Part shown: in pieces, positions 8,451-17,200 of the stretch | How positions within the stretch are numbered: the stretch's first letter is position 1 | Layout: every line of letters starts with the position of its first letter | Source: an uncultured virus (IMG/VR IMGVR_UViG_3300042389_001675) | Lineage: Duplodnaviria; Heunggongvirae; Uroviricota; Caudoviricetes | Direction: 5' to 3' (one strand) | Length of the DNA stretch: 20,000 bases | Virus record (IMG/VR): IMGVR_UViG_3300042389_001675 | The notes under the pieces: generated by a model | What the model was told of the DNA's origin: nothing | The model's input: only the letters and a program-made list of their open reading frames with translations | The model's database searches: none | Translations under genes and position numbers: made by a program

Positions 8451-9753
8451 GTGTCATCACATCCTGTGCAGAAGACGCCTTTGAGAAATGCGCAGAGTTT
8501 TGATAGCTAGGTGACGCCTGCGTTGATTGCAATTTGTTTTCCAAGTCCAGCATCTGTCCTAACTCAAAAGGTTCGGTATTGCCGGTCAACCGCTTATTCA
8601 AAAGCGGACCGACAGCCGCCGGTTGATCCGCCAGTCGCGGCGAAAGTTGCACCATCTGGTTATACTCAGACAACACTTCTTCCGGATCGTAAGCACTTAG
8701 CGGATTTTCCGGATCACTCATTAACTGGGTAAGTAGCGTCTGCGCCCGGATCTTACGCATTTCGTTGATATGGTCCGGACTTTCCAGTTTCTTGATTTGA
8801 TCCTCAATCAGCTTGTCGTTATCTTGCTTTGCGTTTTGGGCTAAATTGTTTGCTAGATTAAAACCCAGCCCGCCCGCGGCACCTGACGCGACACCTGCAG
8901 CTTGCTTCGTAATAACCTGTGTTTTCAGCTGGTCGTATGCGACCTGTGCCTCGGTTAGCTGATTAGTGGCAAGATCCAGCGCTGTTTCTGCCTGCTTGTA
9001 GCGTTCAACCTGCTGCAGCGTTGCGGCAATAGCTGGATAAGGTGCCTTGGTCCGGTCGCAGGCGTTAGTGGTTTGGTATGCCGCCTGTTTTTCTTGCGGG
9101 AATTGTGCGGCCAATGACCGCATCAACGCGACCCCGACTGGACCATAGTAAGTATTCACCGCCTGGGCCACCTGGCCAAAAGGCAAACGGTCGTAAGCGG
9201 ATTTTGCAAAATAATCGGTTAATACCTGATAGTGCTGCGTCAGTTTTTCGCGTTCCGCCTGAAAAGCGCGTCTTGCCTCTTCCTGCAGCCGCTGATTGTA
9301 GTCTACCGCATCATAGGCGCGCTTGAGTGGCAGCTGACGCGCCGCTACGACCGGTTCGGCGGCTGCGGTTTTAGTAAAAGTGGCCAGATCTTTGTCCAGG
9401 GACTCCTGGCGGACCAGATCGTCATAAGACGAAAATCGAGGTTCGGTGTATAAGACCTGGGCCACTTTTTCTTGCGCGGTTCCCCACATGGCATTATGGA
9501 TTGCATCGTAATCCGCCAGCGGAAAACCAGCCAGTTTATCCAGTACCGAATCGTTTGCGTTCCACTGCGCCAGCTGTCGTCCGGTATTAAAGGCGTTGCA
9601 GGCCGCTTTTAAAAACCCGGGAGAATAATTTAAAGCGCGTGCCACTTTCTGCATCGCGGCATTCGGCGACATCCCCTGGTTATCCACTAAATCAACAGCC
9701 TGCTTTACTCCGTCCAACAGCTGCTGTTCGTCGGCGCTACTCAGTGGGCGCAT
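8428..9753 (-). CDS. Hypothetical helical/coiled-coil protein (441 aa), K-x-A rich, probably head-associated
   Basis: Long ORF in the operon with ATG and upstream AAGGAG; motifs EKVA, TKTA, LKRA, AKSA, EKQA, YKQA, TKQA, the last followed by the Gly-rich segment AGVASGAAGGLGF. Confidence 0.8.
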   Translation of the reverse strand: MRPLSSADEQQLLDGVKQAVDLVDNQGMSPNAAMQKVARALNYSPGFLKAACNAFNTGRQLAQWNANDSVLDKLAGFPLADYDAIHNAMWGTAQEKVAQVLYTEPRFSSYDDLVRQESLDKDLATFTKTAAAEPVVAARQLPLKRAYDAVDYNQRLQEEARRAFQAEREKLTQHYQVLTDYFAKSAYDRLPFGQVAQAVNTYYGPVGVALMRSLAAQFPQEKQAAYQTTNACDRTKAPYPAIAATLQQVERYKQAETALDLATNQLTEAQVAYDQLKTQVITKQAAGVASGAAGGLGFNLANNLAQNAKQDNDKLIEDQIKKLESPDHINEMRKIRAQTLLTQLMSDPENPLSAYDPEEVLSEYNQMVQLSPRLADQPAAVGPLLNKRLTGNTEPFELGQMLDLENKLQSTQASPSYQNSAHFSKASSAQDVMTHETSIIG

Positions 9754-9759
9754 GATTGG

Positions 9760-10776
9760 TCAACTCCTTTGAATGAACACATTCTGCACGGCCGCCTGTT
9801 CCAGATCCAGAATCCGGATATTGGCTCCGGCATTAAGCAGTTCGGTTGCATCCGGTTCAACCGCTGTTTGATCGTATTCGCCGATCAGCTTGTTGTCGTA
9901 CAGCTGAGCTCCGCTTCGTCCCACACTCCAGGGGAATTCCTGCATCAGCTGGTTGATTGTCTTCTCCAGCTCGTTATGGCGATCTTCGGTATTGGCCGCG
10001 GAACGTTGAATTTCCATCAAGCGGGTGTGGACCGCAAAGAGTTCCATGACGTTGAATTTGTTGATTTCAAATTGCATTGCAGCCTGTAAGCTGCGTCGCT
10101 TGATTTGAGTTGCAAATTGTTCATCAAGGTAAGTGGCCAGTTCGTCGAGTTTTTTGACGTGATTTCGCTGGAATCCACTGATCATAATATCACAAACCAG
10201 CGGACCACCAAAATAGGCGAAAAACTTTAACGACATGTCCAGTTGAGGTAACGCCACCGTTGAACTGCGGGCACGCGCCAACGCCTGCGCCGCAGAGTCA
10301 GAACTGGCATCGGCATCCACATGGCGGTCAAAGGCCGGGATCAGCACGGAGTGCAAGATCCAGTCGTCAAATTCCAGGCGATTGCCTACGTTAAAAAACA
10401 GACACTCGTACCAGATTACCGTATCCGGCAACAGCTTGAGCTTCTGGGCAATCTCTTCGTAACTCATGCCGCTGAGTAAACGGGCTTCCAGGATGTTCGC
10501 CACGTTGGGTTCAACGGCTTTTCGCTCGTAAATTTTGTTGGCGTAAAACAAACCTGGTTGTTTTAGCATCAGGTTACGGCGGGCTTCGGCATCAGTATTT
10601 CGCGCCGCAATCCGAAATTTACGAAACTCCTGAATGTACTTGTCGTCGAATCGATCGGTTCGCCGTGGTGGCGTAAACCGCAGTAAATCCGCAACACGTT
10701 CCGCGCGCCAGTTCGGACTTAAAAAAGGATCGTGTTCGATAATTGTACGCAGATTCGCCACAAAAACCTCACTCAA
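9760..10776 (-). CDS. Hypothetical protein (338 aa) with possible helix-turn-helix
   Basis: TTG start overlaps the upstream TGA (TTGA); segment ILEARLLSGMSYEEIAQKLKLLPDTVIWYE resembles a sigma region-4/LuxR-type HTH. Confidence 0.7.
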   Translation of the reverse strand: MSEVFVANLRTIIEHDPFLSPNWRAERVADLLRFTPPRRTDRFDDKYIQEFRKFRIAARNTDAEARRNLMLKQPGLFYANKIYERKAVEPNVANILEARLLSGMSYEEIAQKLKLLPDTVIWYECLFFNVGNRLEFDDWILHSVLIPAFDRHVDADASSDSAAQALARARSSTVALPQLDMSLKFFAYFGGPLVCDIMISGFQRNHVKKLDELATYLDEQFATQIKRRSLQAAMQFEINKFNVMELFAVHTRLMEIQRSAANTEDRHNELEKTINQLMQEFPWSVGRSGAQLYDNKLIGEYDQTAVEPDATELLNAGANIRILDLEQAAVQNVFIQRS

Positions 10777-11432
10777 ACAACCGTATCGGATTTAACTGTG
10801 TAAGCGATTTCAAACGTCAGCAGTTCAGCCGCACCTACCGTCAGAATATCCAGCCAAAGTGCGGAATGCCGACACCGCATGGTTTGACTTTGATTATCCT
10901 GGTTTTCGTAAGGCAGCTGCAGTGAAGTCTCAATCAAATCCGTGCCGGATTCTTTGGTGAAAGTCTTCACCAGGTGTGTAACCGGCGCCGTGATCGGTAA
11001 CCAGGGCAAAACCTGCCATACCCCAGAGTCCGCTACGGTGTAGGTGACGTCGGTAATCACCTGGGTGGCCGACAACACCGTCACAACCGTAAAAACGGTA
11101 CCGGCGTAAGCCGTTTCACTGTTTTGCGATTTAAGTACAAATTGATCGTTAGGCAACAACCCGTGCGGCTCGTCAAAACTGACCGCCGCGTTACCGTCGC
11201 CGTCATCATCCACGGAGGTAAAAATACCCGAAGCCCGCACGTTGAGATCCGTCCCCAGCGTGCAGGCACCTTTACGGTTATACAGGTGGCAGGTCGCTTC
11301 TTCCGGATCACCCGCCGTCTGTGTGATGATCATCCGGGTCAGTTCACCGCGGGGCGGCATTGGTAGTTCTACCGCGGTCGGCGTACCACAGGAAAACTGC
11401 ACCGAAACAACTCGAGAATAAGTAGCACCCAC
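10773..11432 (-). CDS. Hypothetical beta-rich protein (219 aa), possibly structural
   Basis: GTG start 3 nt after the upstream stop; Thr/Val-rich; contains VSFDEPHGLLPNDQFVL...GTVFTVVTVLSATQV, resembling the PHGL..GD.V small beta-barrel (E1-FCCH-like) seen in phage structural proteins. Confidence 0.65.
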   Translation of the reverse strand: MGATYSRVVSVQFSCGTPTAVELPMPPRGELTRMIITQTAGDPEEATCHLYNRKGACTLGTDLNVRASGIFTSVDDDGDGNAAVSFDEPHGLLPNDQFVLKSQNSETAYAGTVFTVVTVLSATQVITDVTYTVADSGVWQVLPWLPITAPVTHLVKTFTKESGTDLIETSLQLPYENQDNQSQTMRCRHSALWLDILTVGAAELLTFEIAYTVKSDTVV

Positions 11433-11435
11433 AGG

Positions 11436-13928
11436 TTAGTTCCTCGCAGTTTCTTCCAGAGAAATGTCGCCCTGATCGAACGGAGATTCGATCGTTTTTT
11501 CTTTCAAGAAGAGCGTCACGTCGCCGAGTGATTCAAACGCATTGCGTAAGCTGTCTTCCAGCTCGGGCATATCGGCCTTGCCGTAACGATCTTCAAACTC
11601 TTCACCGTGCCAGTAGAAATTCATCAGCAACCGGCCCAGTGAATCCAGTGCATCCATCAAATCGGACAGATGCCGCTCAACAATCGAATCCTGCCGCACG
11701 GATTTGATCATGCCTGCAATCATGGCCGTGTCAAAAACTTCCTTTTGACCGTTTTGCGCAGCTTGCCCAGCCGTCTGGACGGATTTTTGAAAATCAGCGG
11801 CTTCAAAGTTCATCCATGGATCCCAGATTGTCGGGTCCGTCTGTTCGGCCGACAACTCCGGTAAGCGATAAGCCGCAGCTCCGGCGTACTGCGTCGGTAC
11901 CGCCGTGCGCGGGCCGTACTGCTCTACGCTGCGCTCATCGGCAAAATCCTCGTAGATTGGTGCCGAAGGTCCGCCTGCCAGAATACTGCGATTAGGCTCT
12001 GCCTGTTTTTCCGTACCGTAGCCTGGTGCATACTGGATCCGGTATTGGGCTTTACCTTGCTGTGCCGCGTTATCCAACACCAGCCGTGCCACTTTCTCAG
12101 TCAACCCGTGCTGACTGACCAGCTCCCAGATCGCAGCCGTCTTGCTCAGGGATTTTGCCCCAAAGACCGAATCGATATAAACATCCGTGTGATTGTGATA
12201 CACCGTCAACCCGGCGGTCTTTTCGTAAATCATCAGCTGGACATCGTCGATCTTGCCCAGCCGAATGGGTGCCGGTTCGCTGCGGGCGCTGCAGCAGTCC
12301 AGCAGAAAACCACCCGACGGTTTCAGCGGATCGCTTAACTTCAGGAATTTGGTATCGGGCGGCAGCCGAAGTTCTCCGGCAATTGCCCGCATCTTCGAAC
12401 CCTTCGCGGTCAGCATCAGGATTGCGTTGTAGTTGCTGGGTGTGTAATAACCGTCATCCGACATCGGATCTGAGATCTTCTTCACGTGCGGAATTGTCGC
12501 AGGTCGGCGTTCGTCGAAATTGATGTTTACCCGGAAATCCACCAGGTACTGTCCATTACCACGGTCTTCGCGCACATGGAACGGTGTTGTGGTGGCTTTG
12601 CTGGCATCAATGGCAATGTATTCGCCACCTTCCTGCAGACTTTGGCTATCACCCAGACCTTCAAACCAGCTATCCCACTCATCCTGTTCGGAAATCTGAT
12701 CCGCGAAGACGTTGGTGGTGTACGTATTCATCCAGGCTTTACCGTCGCCGCTGTTATTCTCCAGCCGCACCACGGTGACCATCGGCTCCTGGCCCCGATT
12801 ACTGATCGGGTGGACGGCCAGTAGCATCTTGTTAAACGCACCGGGCTTTTCCAGTACACGGTAGAGTGCAGTTTCGGTGGGATTCGTCAGTGACGCAGAA
12901 ATTTGGGTGTTATACACCCGGCTGACCTGTTCACCTTTGCGGTGATCCTTAATCAGTACCGTGTCATTCAGCAGTCTGGCCCGCTCGGCGTCATCCAATT
13001 CCGGCATGCGCTTATCGATCACGTATTCCGCCACGTACATACGCAGCTTGCCTTCTTTCACGTGATCGATCGGCGCAGGCGGTGGTGTGTCAGGAATCAG
13101 GCGATTTCCCGGCAGGTTGCTTGCGGTTTTGGCGATTGTTACCGGCAGGATACTGGCTTCCTGCGCATCCACTGCCGCTTTCAGCTGCTGGCCCCAGCGC
13201 GAAAGACAATCTGCACCGTAAAATCGGGTCAGCCCCCGGCGCACTGCCGGAAAAGTCTCGGCAAAGGCATAAGCAGCCTTGAGCAGCGGCAAGCTTGTAG
13301 GCAGGATCCGGTTAAAATCCAGTTTTTGCGCCTGCTTCGCCAGTGCCGCGGTAAGCGGCTGTTCCACCACGGCGGCCTGGTTGAGCTTACGTGTACCTGC
13401 GCCTTTATACAACGACCCGGCTGTTTTGAGTTTGCAGGCAGCCAACAGTGGTAATATGTCCTTAAACCAGCGGGCATCGCTGGCACGTTTACCACCACCA
13501 ATCGATGGTGGGATGGAAAAGGTACGGATATCCGGGTAAATTCCGCCCAATTCCCTGAGTTTGGACACGCCCGCTTGCTCGCCCAGGATGTGCGGCTTGC
13601 GGCTCATGATGTAATTGATCCAGTTTTCCTTGAGCGGCACAAACGAATCGTTATTTTTGAGATAGAGCAGTTCGTGCCCTTTTAAATCACCGTTTAGGAA
13701 GAAAACCGGGGCGTAGAGCCACTGGGATCCGATCTGGAACCCAAATACGGCCACGGCTTTGGTGTTGTCTTCATTGCGTTCAACCAGCTGAAACCCAACC
13801 ATATGATCCAGGAGTCGCGGAGCCTTGTCGCGCAGGTAAGCATAAGCCAGGCTGGAAAAGGCCTGTTCAAACTCGGTCTCACCGCCCGTTCCGCCGAGGT
13901 TGGCCCGCTTCATCAATTCCGTTTGCAT
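11436..13928 (-). CDS. Large hypothetical protein (830 aa), K-x-A punctuated, probably virion/head-associated
   Basis: Long ORF with ATG and upstream AAGGAAG; globular-looking blocks separated by MKRA, GKRA, LKTA, AKQA, AKTA, EKTA, SKTA, EKQA; acidic helical C-terminus. No family recognised. Confidence 0.82.
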   Translation of the reverse strand: MQTELMKRANLGGTGGETEFEQAFSSLAYAYLRDKAPRLLDHMVGFQLVERNEDNTKAVAVFGFQIGSQWLYAPVFFLNGDLKGHELLYLKNNDSFVPLKENWINYIMSRKPHILGEQAGVSKLRELGGIYPDIRTFSIPPSIGGGKRASDARWFKDILPLLAACKLKTAGSLYKGAGTRKLNQAAVVEQPLTAALAKQAQKLDFNRILPTSLPLLKAAYAFAETFPAVRRGLTRFYGADCLSRWGQQLKAAVDAQEASILPVTIAKTASNLPGNRLIPDTPPPAPIDHVKEGKLRMYVAEYVIDKRMPELDDAERARLLNDTVLIKDHRKGEQVSRVYNTQISASLTNPTETALYRVLEKPGAFNKMLLAVHPISNRGQEPMVTVVRLENNSGDGKAWMNTYTTNVFADQISEQDEWDSWFEGLGDSQSLQEGGEYIAIDASKATTTPFHVREDRGNGQYLVDFRVNINFDERRPATIPHVKKISDPMSDDGYYTPSNYNAILMLTAKGSKMRAIAGELRLPPDTKFLKLSDPLKPSGGFLLDCCSARSEPAPIRLGKIDDVQLMIYEKTAGLTVYHNHTDVYIDSVFGAKSLSKTAAIWELVSQHGLTEKVARLVLDNAAQQGKAQYRIQYAPGYGTEKQAEPNRSILAGGPSAPIYEDFADERSVEQYGPRTAVPTQYAGAAAYRLPELSAEQTDPTIWDPWMNFEAADFQKSVQTAGQAAQNGQKEVFDTAMIAGMIKSVRQDSIVERHLSDLMDALDSLGRLLMNFYWHGEEFEDRYGKADMPELEDSLRNAFESLGDVTLFLKEKTIESPFDQGDISLEETARN

Positions 13929-13962
13929 TAGTTCTTCCTTGAGCGCAAAAGCTCAAACGGTA

Positions 13963-14220
13963 TCAGGAATGAATAATCTGATCATACGGGTTCCAGCCAC
14001 CGCCCAGGTCACGTGCGGCCAGTCGCTGGTTAAACTCGGCCAGCTTTTCCTGCATACTGGCATAGGCCAAGGCGTCTGCCTGCTTATCCAGCTCGGTTTC
14101 TGCAGGTGGTGCCGGTTTCTTTTTCTTTTTGGGCTTTACTGTGGGTGGGAGCAGATAAGCTTCTGCCAGTTTTGCATTAAAACCACCCAGAGTCGGCTTG
14201 AGTTGGAACATCCTATTCAC
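13963..14220 (-). CDS. Small hypothetical protein (85 aa; may start at ATG 14211)
   Basis: Fills the gap co-directionally; basic run KPKKKKKP; contains DKQA and EKLA. Confidence 0.6.
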   Translation of the reverse strand: MNRMFQLKPTLGGFNAKLAEAYLLPPTVKPKKKKKPAPPAETELDKQADALAYASMQEKLAEFNQRLAARDLGGGWNPYDQIIHS

Positions 14221-14252
14221 CTGTGGTTATCAAGGAACCGGGACTTTTAATC

Positions 14253-14282
14253 AGTTTAGCAAGCAAACGCAGGCTATCGCAA
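14253..14282 (-). promoter_or_regulatory. Candidate sigma70-type promoter
   Basis: Minus strand: -35 TTGCGA (14282-14277), 18-nt spacer ending in TGC (extended -10 TGn), -10 TAAACT (14258-14253); located in the intergenic gap after the beta' C gene. Confidence 0.4.
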
Positions 14283-14292
14283 GGCATAGGTA

Positions 14293-17200
14293 TTAGCGGA
14301 ACAGGTAGGGCAAATAGCGTAAATTGGAAAATTCGTAAATTCCGGATTTAAGCGGATTGTTAAATCCCTTCCACATTTGGCTGAGCGTACCACGATTTGC
14401 CAGATCATTTTCATACTGTTGCCAATCCCAACCACGCTGCCCGTCGAGCCCAGCCAAGTCACCCAGCTCAAAAGCTGTATTCAACAGCGTTGTTGCCCCA
14501 ACTGCCGGTAATCCACCACGCAGCCCTGCGGCGCTGGTGGCGGCACGGCCAGGTAAAGCCAAATCTAAAGCAAAGTTTGTCGGCCCGGCTAATCTCGGAA
14601 CTGTACCTGTTAATTTCGGTAAAAGGCGACTTAGCCAACCAGGATTAGCTTGTGCTTGTGATTGTGCCAGCGGTAACAGTTTTTTACCCAGATAAGCCAT
14701 ACCGCGTCGTTCCGCTTCAGACAAGCCTAGCGTCTCTAATCCGGTCATACCGGCCTGATTAAAAGCCTGCATTGGAGTCGGCATGGTCAAACTGTTTGTA
14801 GTGGTTTGTGGCAACTGACTAACAAGCTTGAGCGGCACCGGCAGGATATCTACTTGGGCTAAATTTTTCTGCAGGTTTACGGGCAGGATCGACTGTGCGA
14901 ATTCTGTGCTTGAAATTGACGGATTAACAAGATCTGTCTGCGTAGTTTCAGAAACAGTTGGTTCTGGTTGCCAACTGGACGGACTGGGTAGATCGGTAAG
15001 TACCGGTAAAGGTTTTGCCGATTCTGCAAAACTGGGCGGCGGTACAGCCATACCGCCCCGCGACTGGACAGGCAGGTTGGTAGGTGCAGGCAAGTTAGCA
15101 GGTAGGTTGGTAGGTGCAGGCAAGTTAGCAGGCAGGTTGGTAGGTGCAGGCAAGTTAGCAGGCAGATTGGTAGGTGCAGGCAAGTTAGCAGGTGGGTTGG
15201 CAGGCGGGTTGGCAGGTGCAGGCAAGTTAGCAGGCGGATTGGCAGGTGCAGGTTTTGCCGCAGCAAGCGGTGTGGTTAGATAACCAGTCAAACCACCCAA
15301 TCCGGCGCCTGCCGCCAAACTCAAGTTACGTTGACGTTTACGCGCTTCTTCTGTCTGGGCTGGGTTTAGTGCCTGATACGCACGATGTCCCAGATAGCCT
15401 GCCCCTGCGCCCAGGCCTGCCCCCAGCAAACTGCGAGTCAGTGTGTCTGCTGCCATGTTTGCCTGTTTCAAAACAGGATCCGTTTCAGGGAGTGCAACTG
15501 ATGGCAGTTTATACGCAGGTTTGGGCTGCACCACAGCACGATCCGGCACTTCACCGAAATCAGTACCGGTGGCCAGGCTGGGTACAAAACTGGTACCGCG
15601 TTCTTCGCTGACACCGCCGCGTGCCACTGACTCCAGCAGACTTTTCTTCAAACCGGAACCGTACATTTGCGTCATCCAATCCGGGTCATGCTGTAGTTGA
15701 TACATCCCGCGCACCATATGTGGCTGAAACGGTGGTGGATTTTTATGCACTGGCACCGTCGTGACACCGAACTCATCAAAGTCTTTCAGCATGGACGGCC
15801 GAATCTTTGTACCGATGGTGTAATGCAGTACCGGAGCTTCCAGATACTGCCCAACCGCCTGTTTTGGTAACAGGCGTTCATGCCCCGAACGCGGCTGATA
15901 CGTATGTTCCAGTGTGGAGTAAGGGACAATATCATCCGGAACGTGATCGCCGATTTCTTCGGTGAGCTGTACGTGATTAATTAAACCGCGCGCCAGTAAC
16001 TCGATGTTGCGCCGATGCCCCTGCATCCCGGAAGCGGCCATGGCCTTGCGGAACTCATTGACAAAATACCGCCGACCTTCACCCACACCTTTGTACTGCG
16101 TAATTAACGCCGGGTTAGGAATACCATCACTGAGCATGTCTCCGGCTTCGACCTGATCACCTTTTTTAATCTTGAGTTCAAAGCCTTCGCCCACGTAATG
16201 CTTCTGGTCGTTAATCATGACGTAGTGGCCACCGGCAGCCGCCGGTTCAACCCGCTGAACTACTCCGTCGACCGTAGCATGGGCAGCACCGCCCTGCATC
16301 TTCTTGGGTACCTGAATCAACTGGTTGATGTACTGAAAACCGCCGACCGCTTTTTCCTGGCCTGCCACACCGCCTGAGTGCTTGGCCGAGAGCTGCCCCT
16401 GACTGATTGGTTCGGACAACGCCTGAGCTGCCTGCAGGCCAACCTGTTCACCGCGGCCGGGCAACGTACCGTTTTCCCGAATTCCGACATCACGGGCATA
16501 GACTCCGCCTTCCGGCGAGCCGCCTACCAGCGGACTACGGATTAAAATCCGGTTTTTACCGAGCCGTTCCAGATGCTTGAGAATTTTTGGTGTCAGCGGT
16601 GTGTTGCGTTTGTATGGCCCGGTATCACGAGCCAAAAGCGCACCTTCATTATCCAGATCGGAGGTATCCGCAATCAGTCCACGCACAGGTGCATCCGGAC
16701 GTTCGTCGCCTTCTTCGCCCATCACGACCAGGCGATGTCCGGCCTGATTAAGCTGCTTGGAGAGAAATCCGGCTTCCTGTGTGGCAAACTTGGTGGCAAT
16801 GATGCCGCGTCGCGCACCGTAAGTTCCTGCCCAGTATTCTTCCGGCGTCAAACCCTCGCTGTAACTGCGCAGCACCGGAATTGGAATCACTTCATCCCGG
16901 TGATCCGTATAAAGCATGTCTGAACCCAGCAGACTGGCCAGATTCATCGGTTTACCGCGGCTACCGGACAAAACCTGCAAACCCAGTGGATTGCCGCTGT
17001 CTACGGCTTCCTGCAGCACGGCTTTAATTTGAGGCGAAGACTCGTTGTTAACCGTGCGGATAATTCGCTCATTACGCTGTTGCTCGGTGAGCGTATCATC
17101 CGCCAGGATGGGGGCCAGCTGCTGCGTGATCCGTTGCCGGATCTCGTTGGCTGCCTTGCTTCGACGCAAATGCCGCAAACCGAACGACAACCCGCCCTGG

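Noticed and set aside
8428..13928. Portal or terminase large subunit among the unknown genes
   Set aside because: No Walker A/B, nuclease or portal motif was recognisable, so these genes are left as hypothetical.
15071..15252. Tandem repeat as a CRISPR array
   Set aside because: The 30-bp units are contiguous with no unique spacers, are in frame within a CDS, and no cas genes are present.
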